Assembly (NCBI GenBank): GCA_937949725.1
Contig: CALECT010000032.1
Span: forward strand, 576-64,575
From: an uncultured Pseudanabaenaceae cyanobacterium
GTDB lineage: Bacteria; Cyanobacteriota; Cyanobacteriia; PCC-9006; JAAUQQ01
Length of the DNA stretch: 64,000 nucleotides
Direction: 5' to 3'
Shown here: positions 27,398 through 37,155 of the stretch, piece by piece
Position numbering within the stretch: position 1 is the first letter of the stretch
How the letters are laid out: every line of letters starts with the position of its first letter
Made by a program: the position numbers and the translations under genes
The notes under the pieces: generated by a model
Seen by the model: only the letters and a program-made list of their open reading frames with translations
Databases searched by the model: none
Told to the model about the DNA's origin: nothing

Positions 27398-28678
27398 TCA
27401 CTCACCCTCATACCGCAACGGCAAATCCCCCCCATCTGCCGTCTCCTCAAACTCATAACTAAACGCCAACGACATCTTCCCCTCCGGCGTCACCTCATAA
27501 ACCCACGTCTCCCCCGGACAAACTTGCGACTCCAAACCTAACAGTTGCTTAGGCCACTTATCACCCTGCTTCTGCGCCTTCGCTTGCAACACCTTCTGCG
27601 TCAGCTCTAGCTCCAGCATCCGCCGACTGCCCTTTGTTGCCACTACCTCTGCAAAAGGCTGTGCAGTTTCGTCGCCCAAGGAATTCCACCAGGCAACCTG
27701 GCTCAGGTCTAGCTCTGCGAGCTCTCCAGAGCTGCACATATTGAAATCTTCCAGCTGCTGGTAATGGTCATCCATCACCCGCGCTGTATCCGCCGCCGAC
27801 AAGCTGAACAACAGGCTCTTGAAAGGACCGGGCTTTTCCTCTTCTCCCAACTGCTGTTCTACAGTTTCCCCAGAAGCAAGCTTTTGCATCCCCTCATACA
27901 TCATCCAAGTCTCAAAGCCCAAAGCTTGCTGACCAGCCTCCTGGCGATTTCCCGCCAGTAATTGCTCTGCCAACTCCACTGACACCCCATCCAAATGGCG
28001 CAACACCCCGACCTGGTTCTGCTCCATCAGCAACGACGTGAGATAGCTGAGCAAATCAGGGCGTTGCTTAAGGGGCTCATGTAACTTCTGCGCGATCGCC
28101 AATACCTCCAGCATTTCTTCGGGCTGATTGTTTTGGCTGTGGGCGATCGCCTCCACCAGCAACAACTTATTCAACCTGCCCAAATTCAAAAAACTAGACA
28201 GCGCATAGGAGGAAAGATCTGCCATTCTCTCTGGATCTTGCTCCCACACCGGCGCTTCCGCAGTGGCGAGATGCTGCTTGACCGCATCGAGTTCAGCCTG
28301 ATGCTGCGCCAGAAAATCCGTCAGTTCCGCTGGCACAGGCTCCAAGGGACCTCCGGTCTTTTGCTCCTGGCTCTCCAAATAATTTCCTAAAATTTCGTGA
28401 ATCGCTGCGAATGCCTCAGCCTTTTGCTCATCCACCTGGGGTGTAGTCTTGCTCTGCTCTGAGGAAACCATGCCAAGACGGGTGCTGAGCCGATCCAGCT
28501 CACGAGCGGAATCGTTGGTTTCGGTCACAGGGAACTGGGCAAAGAATTCGGTGGCGTTCTCATCTAGTTCCGCCCTCTGCTGACTTGCCACCGCCTTACC
28601 CACACCCAACAGTGCGACGGTGAGCCCAATCAGCCCTAGGCCCGACAAAAGCAAAGACTTGACCAACTTGTTAGACAT
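27398..28678 (-). CDS. Hypothetical membrane-anchored or secreted helical protein
   Basis: 426 aa with an N-terminal hydrophobic signal. Confidence 0.75.
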   Translation of the reverse strand: MSNKLVKSLLLSGLGLIGLTVALLGVGKAVASQQRAELDENATEFFAQFPVTETNDSARELDRLSTRLGMVSSEQSKTTPQVDEQKAEAFAAIHEILGNYLESQEQKTGGPLEPVPAELTDFLAQHQAELDAVKQHLATAEAPVWEQDPERMADLSSYALSSFLNLGRLNKLLLVEAIAHSQNNQPEEMLEVLAIAQKLHEPLKQRPDLLSYLTSLLMEQNQVGVLRHLDGVSVELAEQLLAGNRQEAGQQALGFETWMMYEGMQKLASGETVEQQLGEEEKPGPFKSLLFSLSAADTARVMDDHYQQLEDFNMCSSGELAELDLSQVAWWNSLGDETAQPFAEVVATKGSRRMLELELTQKVLQAKAQKQGDKWPKQLLGLESQVCPGETWVYEVTPEGKMSLAFSYEFEETADGGDLPLRYEGE

Positions 28679-28979
28679 TGAGGTTGAAAGAAACAGCTGT
28701 GATTCGCGGATACAGCCTCTAGCATTCCCAAATCCCGAAACCCTTTACCAGAAAGCTTTTCGCTTACATCACGACTAGAAGGTTAGTCCTTTGGTACCAG
28801 CTCTTCTAGTCCTTCTTGAAGCGAAGTTAGGAACATTGATCCATGTGCTTTCCAGACAGGTCTCATAAAGTGAATACATCGGCAAACAACGCAGCGGCCC
28901 ACAGCTACAAACGTTAGCTAGCAGCCAATGCCTTGCTGAACTTGTTCGCTCCTCACCACAACCTCTTCGGAGTTATCCA

Positions 28980-29471
28980 ATGAAAATTCGCACTACTGTT
29001 TTACTGGCTGCTGCAACCCTAATCATCCCCATGGCAGGTTCCCTGCTGACCCCTAACGTGGTTGAAGCTCGTGGTAACCGTGCTCAAACCATCGCCATGC
29101 GTGGTGGCAAAGACCTCACTCCCGAGCAACGCGAAGCCAAGCGGGCTGAGCGGGCTGCCAAAATGAAGGAAGCTCTGGGCCTCTCCGATTCCCAAGTTGC
29201 GGCTATCCAGGACATCAAAGAATCCTATCGGCCTCAATTCGAAGCCCTTAAGGAGCGCGCCAAAGCCCTGAAGGAAAGTGGTGCTGACCGCGAAGCGATG
29301 CAGCCCATCCGCGAAGAAAAGCGTGCCCTCAAAGATGCAGTGAAAGCTGAAGTCGCCACCATCCTCACCCCCGAGCAGCAAGCTAAGCTTGAAGAGCTAA
29401 AAGCTGAGCGTGGCGAGCGTCGCGGCGGCGGTCGTCGCGGTGGCCGTCGTGGTGCTGACGCTAACTCCTAG
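28980..29471 (+). CDS. Spy/CpxP family periplasmic chaperone-like protein
   Basis: Signal peptide plus LSDSQ and LTPEQQ (LTXXQ) motifs. Confidence 0.85.
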   Translation: MKIRTTVLLAAATLIIPMAGSLLTPNVVEARGNRAQTIAMRGGKDLTPEQREAKRAERAAKMKEALGLSDSQVAAIQDIKESYRPQFEALKERAKALKESGADREAMQPIREEKRALKDAVKAEVATILTPEQQAKLEELKAERGERRGGGRRGGRRGADANS

Positions 29472-29504
29472 AATCACCCCTAGGAGCAACTCCTAGAAAT
29501 TTGC

Positions 29505-29540
29505 GAGGCGCTTTAGACTGGCCGCTAAAGCGCCTCATTT
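29505..29540 (+). terminator. Intrinsic terminator-like hairpin
   Basis: GAGGCGCTTTAG-actggccg-CTAAAGCGCCTC followed by ATTT. Confidence 0.7.
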
Positions 29541-29800
29541 CTATATTGTTGTCTGTGATGTTGTGCTTACATCAAAATCGTTATACTGCCGAGACTTTGG
29601 AAATACTGCTTATTTAGGTCTGATAGAGTTCAGTCGCGAGAATGGAAGACTGCTGAACTGAAGCATGAACGGACTTCTAAAAATCGAACTGGCGATGGAC
29701 TTCCTAAAAGGCTCCATCCCAGCAATCGGCAACGCCCCTCTTTGAGTCTTGTGGGACTTGTACCCATAGGTGCAGGCCCAAGCAGACGAGGCCCAATCCA

Positions 29801-30193
29801 TCACACAGGCTCCGCCTCAAGATTCCTGACGACCACACGAGAGCTGGGTGGCATCCAATCCTGGGGAGACGTGGTTGTGGCTTGGATATAGATCCCCAGT
29901 TGCCTTAGCATCTGGCTGAGTTGGCGATCGCTCAAGTGAATCTCACATTCCTTGCTGAGGTGATAGTTGAGCCAACTAATGGTCCAGCGTCGAAAGGGAT
30001 AGCCCAATTGGCGGGGAGAGGCAGTGGCGATCGCTTGAAGATGTTGGCGATAGGATGGATTGCTCAAGGCCGGTTGTCCTTCACTTTGGAAAACAGACTG
30101 TTTAGAAACGGAGTTGACGGTTGCAGTAGTGCGACTGGGAGTGAGCCCAGGCGAAAGAATCGTTTGCGATGGGAGCAGAAGCACGAATTTCAT
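29801..30193 (-). CDS. Winged-HTH protein related to IS630-type transposase HTH (start uncertain)
   Basis: SPRQLGYPFRRWT..WL..HL..ECEIHLSDRQLSQMLRQLG, with no DDE domain. Confidence 0.6.
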   Translation of the reverse strand: MKFVLLLPSQTILSPGLTPSRTTATVNSVSKQSVFQSEGQPALSNPSYRQHLQAIATASPRQLGYPFRRWTISWLNYHLSKECEIHLSDRQLSQMLRQLGIYIQATTTSPQDWMPPSSRVVVRNLEAEPV

Positions 30194-30482
30194 CCTTCAA
30201 TAGTTGACCTGAAAAGCGACCTGTTGAACCCTGTAGATTGGCTTGTGCGAAGACTTGGCCAATCATCAATTCCTGGCGAAAGCCCCAGTCAATGTTGAAA
30301 GCTGAATCATTGATGACTGGGAAAATTGAGTCATTGTTCCACACTGTTTCCCAGGAGTAACCGCCGAGCTATGGATCGCTCAGGTTATGCCCTTCCGAGG
30401 GCAAGGCTGCAAACGATGCTTGAGCCGTAACCACTTGGGCTGTCATTAGGAGCGCGGCAAAAATACGGGAGATCAAATTCAT
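30102..30482 (-). pseudogene. Secreted-protein gene interrupted by one in-frame TAG
   Basis: AGAGGA RBS, then MNLISRIFAALLMTAQVVTAQASFA...HNLSDP*LGGYSWETVWNND..., with TAG at 30369-30371, in frame with ORF 30102..30344. Confidence 0.55.
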
Positions 30483-30661
30483 CGTTGCTTCCTCTGCGAT
30501 CGGGAGTCCCTAGAAATGAGGGCTGGACAGCAGCCAATTTGCTGGCATATCTACAGCCTGTGGCGCTTGCCTGAATCTGCTCTGAAGCCTATCTGAGGCG
30601 TTTTGAATGTTTGCCTGAAAATTTGCTGAATTGAACAAGTTGCCTCTCAGTAGTGCCGGTT

Positions 30662-31636
30662 TTAGCCGCTATTGCGCGATCGCCAAACCCCAGGAGGCAC
30701 ATCCAAATGACGCTTAAAGGCTCGATTAAAGGCCGCGAGGTTTTCGTAACCGACTTCTGCGGCGATCGCGCTGATGTTCTTCTCACTGTTATTCAACAGG
30801 CGGCTAGCCACATGAATTCGCCACTTCGCGACATAGCTCATGGGGCTTTCGCCCAAAGTGGCTTTGAAGCGCGCTGCAAACCGCGATGGAGAGAGAGCGA
30901 CCGCTTGGGCCAAGCGCTCAATTGACCAATCATGACCCGGTTCGGCATGGATCAGGGCGAGCGTCCGACCCACGATAGGGTCACGCAATCCGGTTAACCA
31001 GTTGCTTTCCTGGTTGTCCAACTGAGCCATATAGGCTCGCACTGCCCCTGCACAAAGCAGTTCCAGCAGGCGCTCCACCATAAAGTCACTGCCCGGTGCA
31101 GGTTGCTCCAACTCCTGGGCAAGTAAGTGAGCAACCCCGCCAAGATTTTGAAAGGTTGTCGTTTGGGAGACGGGGGCCTTGAGGGTGGGAGGCAAGGCGG
31201 CAAACAAGGGATTGAGGTGGATGTCATGCAAATAGAAAACACCGCAAAGGCAAATAACGGAGCTACCCGGTTCATCCGGGGGACAACGAAACGGAATGTC
31301 TGCACCCTTCAGAACATCTGCGACCTGCAAGCTCTGGGAATAGGAACCTTGGGCAATCTGGTGAGAGCTGCCGTTGAAGCAGATCACCATTTCGCCCGCA
31401 TTGACCACCAATGTCGGCTGATCCGGGTTGGGGGTGGTGAGTTCAATATGGCCACGCTCAACGAGGTGAAAGGCCACCGCCCGAACACCAGGCTTCACGT
31501 TCATCAGTTGGGCAAGCTTTGCTCCTTCGGGGACTGCGATCGCCCAGGGAGCCACGTAAGACTCGCGCAGCAGCGTGCTGCCACAGATTCGCAATGAATC
31601 CAGCACATCACTGAAAATATCAAAATTAGGACTCAT
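30662..31636 (-). CDS. AraC family regulator with N-terminal cupin domain (RclR-like)
   Basis: D.FSDVLDSLR, FHLVERG, GLRDPIVG, and C-terminal double HTH (VGYENLAAFNRAFK). Confidence 0.92.
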   Translation of the reverse strand: MSPNFDIFSDVLDSLRICGSTLLRESYVAPWAIAVPEGAKLAQLMNVKPGVRAVAFHLVERGHIELTTPNPDQPTLVVNAGEMVICFNGSSHQIAQGSYSQSLQVADVLKGADIPFRCPPDEPGSSVICLCGVFYLHDIHLNPLFAALPPTLKAPVSQTTTFQNLGGVAHLLAQELEQPAPGSDFMVERLLELLCAGAVRAYMAQLDNQESNWLTGLRDPIVGRTLALIHAEPGHDWSIERLAQAVALSPSRFAARFKATLGESPMSYVAKWRIHVASRLLNNSEKNISAIAAEVGYENLAAFNRAFKRHLDVPPGVWRSRNSG

Positions 31637-31800
31637 GGCAGTCGTTTCAGCAAAACAAATAGGCTTTTAGGTGATTTATATTCTTGCCTCCCTTGATTAA
31701 ACTGCATTCTATCGGCGCGAACAACTCTGACTCCATAGAATGTCTGATGGAGTGAAGGTCTGGTTGAGTCGCCCATACAACTAGAGGCAGGAAGCGAAGC

Positions 31801-32199
31801 ATGACACCCGAATTATTTTGGTTAACACTCACCGTGACCATGACCGCATTGTTTTGGATGCCTTATATCGTCAACCGCATGGTGGAGGATGGCGTATTAG
31901 GCGCAATGGCTAATCCCAGTTTTGATGCAGCCCCCAAAGCTGCCTGGGCCGATCGCATGACCCATGCCCACAGCAATGCTGTGGAGAACTTAGTGATCTT
32001 TGCGCCGCTGGTCTTGATGCTGGCGATCGCCAATGTCTCGACCCCTGCCACGATCGCGGCCTGCCAGCTCTACTTTTTTGCTAGGCTGGCTCACTACATT
32101 ATTTATTCTCTAGGCATCCCCTTTCTGCGCACAGTGGCCTTTATCGCAGGCTTTGTGGCTCAAATGACCCTGGCGTTTGCTTTGCTGGGGGCGGCGTAG
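31801..32199 (+). CDS. MAPEG family membrane protein
   Basis: WADRMTHAHSNAVENLVIF and ARLAH motifs. Confidence 0.88.
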   Translation: MTPELFWLTLTVTMTALFWMPYIVNRMVEDGVLGAMANPSFDAAPKAAWADRMTHAHSNAVENLVIFAPLVLMLAIANVSTPATIAACQLYFFARLAHYIIYSLGIPFLRTVAFIAGFVAQMTLAFALLGAA

Positions 32200-32296
32200 G
32201 TTTATCAAATGACTAGGCTCTCTCCCAAGGGTTGGTTTTATATCGCGTTACGGCTGAGCAGTTTGGATTGTTGTCAAACCCCACCCCTAGGAAATC

Positions 32297-32986
32297 ATGG
32301 CTGAGCAACAACCGTTGATGATCGTGGCTGGGGCCGGGCCAGGCTTGGGCCAATCCCTAATGCATCGCTTTGAAGCGGGGGGCTATAGGACTGTGGGGTT
32401 GGTACGAACAGTACCGCCGGAGAATCCGAGCAAGCTAGATTTGCGGCAGGTCGATATGGCAGATGCTGAGGGAGCGATCGCCCTCATTACCGATCTGATT
32501 TCCACCTATGGACCTCCCAAAACGGTTATTCACAACACCGCTGAATTGGTCATACAACCCTTCGCTGAGACGACCCTAGAGGACTTCGAACGCTGTTGGT
32601 CTTCCACTGTCAAGGCAGCAGTTGTCTTAGCCCAAGCCGTGATGCAGCCGATGGTGCGAGGTGGCGGCGGTGCGCTGATTGTCTCTGGGGCGACGGCTAG
32701 CTTGCGAGGTGGGGCAAGGTTTTCAGCCTTTGCCTCAGCCAAGTTTGCCCTGCGGGGATTGACTCAATCCTTGGCGCGGGAGTATCAGCCAGCGGGGGTC
32801 CATGTGGTCCACGCCATCTTGGACGGTATCATTGACACGGAGCGGAGCCGTCAGTTGCATAGCTTGGACCCAGCCAAGATGCTCAAGCCTGAAGATATTG
32901 CTGAAGCCTATTGGCAATTTGCCCACCAGCCCCGCTCGGCCTGGTCCCATGAGGTTGATTTGCGCCCCTGTTCGGAGAACTTTTAA
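32297..32986 (+). CDS. Short-chain dehydrogenase/reductase
   Basis: GAGPGLG, SGATASLRG and FASAKFALRGL motifs. Confidence 0.9.
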   Translation: MAEQQPLMIVAGAGPGLGQSLMHRFEAGGYRTVGLVRTVPPENPSKLDLRQVDMADAEGAIALITDLISTYGPPKTVIHNTAELVIQPFAETTLEDFERCWSSTVKAAVVLAQAVMQPMVRGGGGALIVSGATASLRGGARFSAFASAKFALRGLTQSLAREYQPAGVHVVHAILDGIIDTERSRQLHSLDPAKMLKPEDIAEAYWQFAHQPRSAWSHEVDLRPCSENF

Positions 32987-33031
32987 GGCCAATCATCTCT
33001 CAATCAGATTCTTCCAAAGCGACATAGCTTA

Positions 33032-34111
33032 ATGCAGACCGATGTTTTGATTGTGGGTGGCGGACTCTCTGGGCTTTCCTTGGCTCGTCAGCTGCAAGGA
33101 GCTGGGGTGGATTATCACTTGGTGGAAGCGCGATCGCGGTTCGGTGGTCGCATCCAAACCCAGTTCGTTGAATCCCAAGGCCAAACGGGCTACTTCGACA
33201 CCGGCCCGGCTTGGTTTTGGCCCGGTCAGCCCCGCCTGGAGAAGCTGGTACAGGAACTGGGCCTCAAAGTATTCCTACAATATGCCGAGGGCGAGTTGAA
33301 CTTTGAAGATGAGCGAGGGCAAGTCTTTCCGGGGCAGGGCTATGCATCCATGGCAGGCTCCTATCGTTTAGATGGTGGGTTATCGAAGTTGGTGGATGGG
33401 GTGCGTCAGCAACTGGATTCTGCTGCACTGTCCCTGGGGGAGACTGTCACAAAACTGGAGCAAACAGCGGCTGGGATTGGGGCGACCTCGGTGGATGGTG
33501 AGGGGCAGGTGCAAACGATTCATTGTCAGCGGGTGGTGTTGGCACTGCCACCTCGGGTTGCGGCGGAGCGGATTGTGTTTGAACCGGAGCTGGAGGAGGG
33601 GGCGATCGCAGCCATGACCAACATCCCCACCTGGATGGCAGGCCAGGCCAAGATTATTACCATCTACAATTCTCCTTTCTGGCGAGAAGCCGGATTCTCC
33701 GGTGACGCCATGAGTCGCCGTGGCCCCCTAGCAGAAATACACGATGCCTCTCCAGCAGAGGGTGGTCCCTATGCCCTGTTTGGTTTCGTCGCTATGCCAG
33801 CCCAGGTGCGCCAGCAACAATCCGATGCGCTAAAGCAAGCAGCAGTGGAACAGCTAGGCCGACTGTTTGCTAAGGATGCTCTGCAACCGATTGAGGTGAT
33901 TTTGAAAGACTGGGCCTTTGAGCCCGAGACGGCTACGCCGCTGGATGCCCAGCCGATGTATAGCCATCCAGCCTATGGTTTGCCCCATGCCCTCTCCAAT
34001 CTGTGGCAGGGCCAGCTGATGTTGGGCTCGACGGAGGTAGCTGCAAATTTCGGAGGTTACTTGGAAGGTGCGCTGGAATCTGCTGAAATGGTGTTCCGCA
34101 AGCTGATGTAA
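33032..34111 (+). CDS. Flavin-containing amine oxidase family protein
   Basis: VGGGLSG, EAR.R.GGR, DTGPAWFWP and GGYLEGALES motifs. Confidence 0.9.
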   Translation: MQTDVLIVGGGLSGLSLARQLQGAGVDYHLVEARSRFGGRIQTQFVESQGQTGYFDTGPAWFWPGQPRLEKLVQELGLKVFLQYAEGELNFEDERGQVFPGQGYASMAGSYRLDGGLSKLVDGVRQQLDSAALSLGETVTKLEQTAAGIGATSVDGEGQVQTIHCQRVVLALPPRVAAERIVFEPELEEGAIAAMTNIPTWMAGQAKIITIYNSPFWREAGFSGDAMSRRGPLAEIHDASPAEGGPYALFGFVAMPAQVRQQQSDALKQAAVEQLGRLFAKDALQPIEVILKDWAFEPETATPLDAQPMYSHPAYGLPHALSNLWQGQLMLGSTEVAANFGGYLEGALESAEMVFRKLM

Positions 34112-34137
34112 CGCAACCTGTTTCCCCAAGGAGAAGT

Positions 34138-34518
34138 ATGAGTCGTCGGTTGATTTCCAGTGGCTCGGAGTTCGAATCTAAGATTGGCTATTCCAGGGCC
34201 GTGGTGGATGGAGACTATGTTTTTGTCTCTGGGACAACGGGCTATAACTATGAGTCCATGGCGATCGCTGATAGCCCAGTTGAGCAAGCGGAGCAGTGTT
34301 TTCAAAATATTCAAAAGGCTTTGCAATCCGCTGGGAGCAGCTTGGACCAGGTGGTGAGAGTGCATTACATTTTCCCAAATCGGGATGACTTTGAGCCCTG
34401 CTGGCCTATTTGCCAGAAGTATCTTGGGGTGGCACGCCCAGCGGCGACGATGTTTGTGGCTGGGTTGATGGATGATCAGATGAAGTTGGAGATTGAGGTA
34501 ACGGCGCGGGTGGGTTGA
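34138..34518 (+). CDS. RidA/YjgF family protein
   Basis: GYSRAV, FVSGTTG, RPAAT and EIEVTA motifs. Confidence 0.92.
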   Translation: MSRRLISSGSEFESKIGYSRAVVDGDYVFVSGTTGYNYESMAIADSPVEQAEQCFQNIQKALQSAGSSLDQVVRVHYIFPNRDDFEPCWPICQKYLGVARPAATMFVAGLMDDQMKLEIEVTARVG

Positions 34519-34661
34519 AGATTGCTGTGGATGGATCAGTGTGGACCAGCGACTGACTCTAATGGGAACTGGGTCTCACAGCAGGCTTTCATCCTGAACC
34601 GTAGGATAAAGCTCAAGGCAAATCGTTCTAGACTTTAGATTCGTCATGGGACAGAAGCGAT

Positions 34662-35555
34662 ATGGCACTTTGGGGTGGAATTGAGGCGGGGGGGACAAAG
34701 TTTGTTTGTGCGGTGGGCACAGCGCCGGACAAGCTCAGTGCAGAAATACGTATCCCAACCACCACGCCGGATGAAACGCTAGGTCAAGTGGTTGAGTTTT
34801 TTCAGCAGCAACAAGCCCTACACGGTGAGATTGAGGCGATCGGCATTGGGGCGTTTGGCCCCGTAGACGTGAATCCAGATTCATCGAAGTTTGGCTGGTT
34901 TTTGAATACGCCCAAGCCCGGCTGGCAGCAAGTTGACTTTGTAGGCCTAGTAAAGCGCGAGCTGGGGGTGAGGGTTGGCTTCGATACTGATGTGAATGCA
35001 GCAGCCCTAGGCGAGCATCGCTGGGGAAATGCCCAAGGCATTGAGAACTTCATTTATTTGACGGTGGGGACTGGCATTGGCGGGGGCGGGATGATTGGCG
35101 GCAAGCTGATTCACGGCTTATTGCATCCTGAAATGGGCCATATTTTGATTCCCCATGATCGATCTGCTGATCCATTTCCAGGGTCCTGTCCTTTTCACCA
35201 GAATTGTCTGGAAGGTTTGGCCTCTGGCTTTGCAATGGAAAAGAGGTGGGGGCAAAAGGGAGTCTCCCTGCCAGCGGATCATCCGGCTTGGGCTTTGGAG
35301 GCTCGCTATCTTGCAGTGGGCCTAGTCAATTACATTTTCACGCTGTCTCCCCAACGGATCATTCTGGGTGGTGGGGTGATGGAGCAAAAACAGCTGTTTC
35401 CCATGGTGCGAGAGCAGGTGCTTGAGCAACTCGGCTCCTATCTGGATGTGCCAGCAATAACTCAGAATATTGATAGTTATATTGTGCCTCCAGGGCTGGG
35501 GAGTCATGCTGGACTGGCAGGTGCGTTTGCCCTGGCATTGGCAATGGCAGAGTAG
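34662..35555 (+). CDS. ROK family sugar kinase (fructokinase-like)
   Basis: [26 protein letters not shown] and CPFH..CLEG motifs. Confidence 0.92.
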   Translation: MALWGGIEAGGTKFVCAVGTAPDKLSAEIRIPTTTPDETLGQVVEFFQQQQALHGEIEAIGIGAFGPVDVNPDSSKFGWFLNTPKPGWQQVDFVGLVKRELGVRVGFDTDVNAAALGEHRWGNAQGIENFIYLTVGTGIGGGGMIGGKLIHGLLHPEMGHILIPHDRSADPFPGSCPFHQNCLEGLASGFAMEKRWGQKGVSLPADHPAWALEARYLAVGLVNYIFTLSPQRIILGGGVMEQKQLFPMVREQVLEQLGSYLDVPAITQNIDSYIVPPGLGSHAGLAGAFALALAMAE

Positions 35556-35702
35556 CTCTGTCTGTGAGGGCTAGCGAGTCAATGGATTAAATCCCTTTGG
35601 CTCTATTCGTTAGCGCTGACAATGTTTTGATTTGCAATCCTCGGGACTAGAAGAGGATCAAATCTGGGACGATCAATCCGTCGTCTTCGCGGCTTGGGTT
35701 CT

Positions 35703-37106
35703 ATGGGTGCTTTGAATGCGGATGCTCATCTCTATGATGTGGTGGTCATTGGCGCAGGTCCAGTGGGGCTGGCAACGGCAGTGGGCTTGCGATCTCGCGG
35801 CATTACCAATATCGCTGTGCTTGAACGGGCCAGAAGCTTTCGGCAAGTGGGGCAAGTGCTGGATATTCTGCCCAATGGCCTACGGGCATTGAAGTATCTC
35901 GATCCCCAAGCCCACCAAGCAATTCTCGAACCCACGGCTCCCGCCGGTCCACCTAGACCCGCCTCTCAGTGGTTCTATCGCGATCTTCAGGGACAACCGA
36001 TTCGTTCCGTCTCAATGGATAGTGAGGATTGGTTGGAGAAATATGGGGAAGGGCGCAACTCCCTGTCTTGGTTTAACGTGCAAACTCGCCTCCGGGAGCT
36101 GCTTCCCCAGGAGGACATTTGGGTCAATCATCGTTGCATCAATCTCAAGGCAGAGGCGGATTATGTCGAGATTGATTGTGTTTCTAATACAACAGAAGAA
36201 CGTAATCCCTACGCCCATTGGGCGACACCCGCTCCGGAAGTCGCTGAAACTGCGTCTCCCGCAACGCTTGAAAACAAGCAGCTCCGGGCCAAGCTCGTCG
36301 TTGCAGCAGATGGGATCAATTCCACGGTGCGCCAGTGGCTCCATCCAGAGGGCTCCGGCTTTGTTCAGGCAACACCAGTCTATTCAGGGTTTGTGGCCTT
36401 TCTTTGTATGGATGTGGGAGAACTGCCCGAGGCGTTATGGGCTGAGCTTTCAGAACAATATTTCCAGGGGCAGCCCATTGTCACGGTCTGCCAGGATGCA
36501 GAGCCCCATGAAGCGGCATTGAGTCTCGATGCACCAACGGGCCGTTCCAGAATTATGATGTTTCGCCGGGGTAATAGTTGCGGCTACATTGTTCATGCCC
36601 CCATCAGCTTGGAAGTGTTGCAGGGTAAGTCTGGTGCAGCGTCTATCGACTTGGCCGTACAACAATTGGAGCAGGCCGGTTTCTCCGATTGTATTAAGCA
36701 GTTTGTGGGCCTGGCTCCTCCCGAGCAATTTACTCAGCGTCCCTACTACATGCATCCGGTGGACTTGGAAGGCAATACAGCAGCTTGGTCGTCTGGGAAG
36801 GTGGTTTTAGTGGGAGATGCCGCCCATGGGATGCCGCCGTTTTTGGCCCAGGGCGTGAATCAGGGCTTTGAGGATGCAGCGGTGGTTGTGGCTGGGATTG
36901 AACGTATTCGTCAGCAGGGGCTATGGGGAGATGAGGGGGCGATCGCTTCTCAATTCCAGCAGTACGAGCAACTGCGCCGCCCGGTAATGGCTCGCGTTCA
37001 GAAGCTGACGTTGACGGAAAAGGCACGCTGGTCAGATGAACAGTCAGAAGATTACAACCAGTGGGTATTTTGTCGAGATCTAGTGCGGGATCTTGAGGTG
37101 TTTTAA
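35703..37106 (+). CDS. FAD-dependent monooxygenase
   Basis: GAGPVG, ADGINS and GDAAH.MPPFLAQG..QGFED motifs. Confidence 0.9.
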   Translation: MGALNADAHLYDVVVIGAGPVGLATAVGLRSRGITNIAVLERARSFRQVGQVLDILPNGLRALKYLDPQAHQAILEPTAPAGPPRPASQWFYRDLQGQPIRSVSMDSEDWLEKYGEGRNSLSWFNVQTRLRELLPQEDIWVNHRCINLKAEADYVEIDCVSNTTEERNPYAHWATPAPEVAETASPATLENKQLRAKLVVAADGINSTVRQWLHPEGSGFVQATPVYSGFVAFLCMDVGELPEALWAELSEQYFQGQPIVTVCQDAEPHEAALSLDAPTGRSRIMMFRRGNSCGYIVHAPISLEVLQGKSGAASIDLAVQQLEQAGFSDCIKQFVGLAPPEQFTQRPYYMHPVDLEGNTAAWSSGKVVLVGDAAHGMPPFLAQGVNQGFEDAAVVVAGIERIRQQGLWGDEGAIASQFQQYEQLRRPVMARVQKLTLTEKARWSDEQSEDYNQWVFCRDLVRDLEVF

Positions 37107-37155
37107 AGATAATCTCCGGGTCTGCATTTATTGAGATGTAGACCATATTCTTGAA

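Noticed and set aside
707-30371. Genome-wide TAG reassignment
   Set aside because: Many well-conserved genes here end normally at TAG (for example 9755, 29471, 32199, 35555 and 51019).
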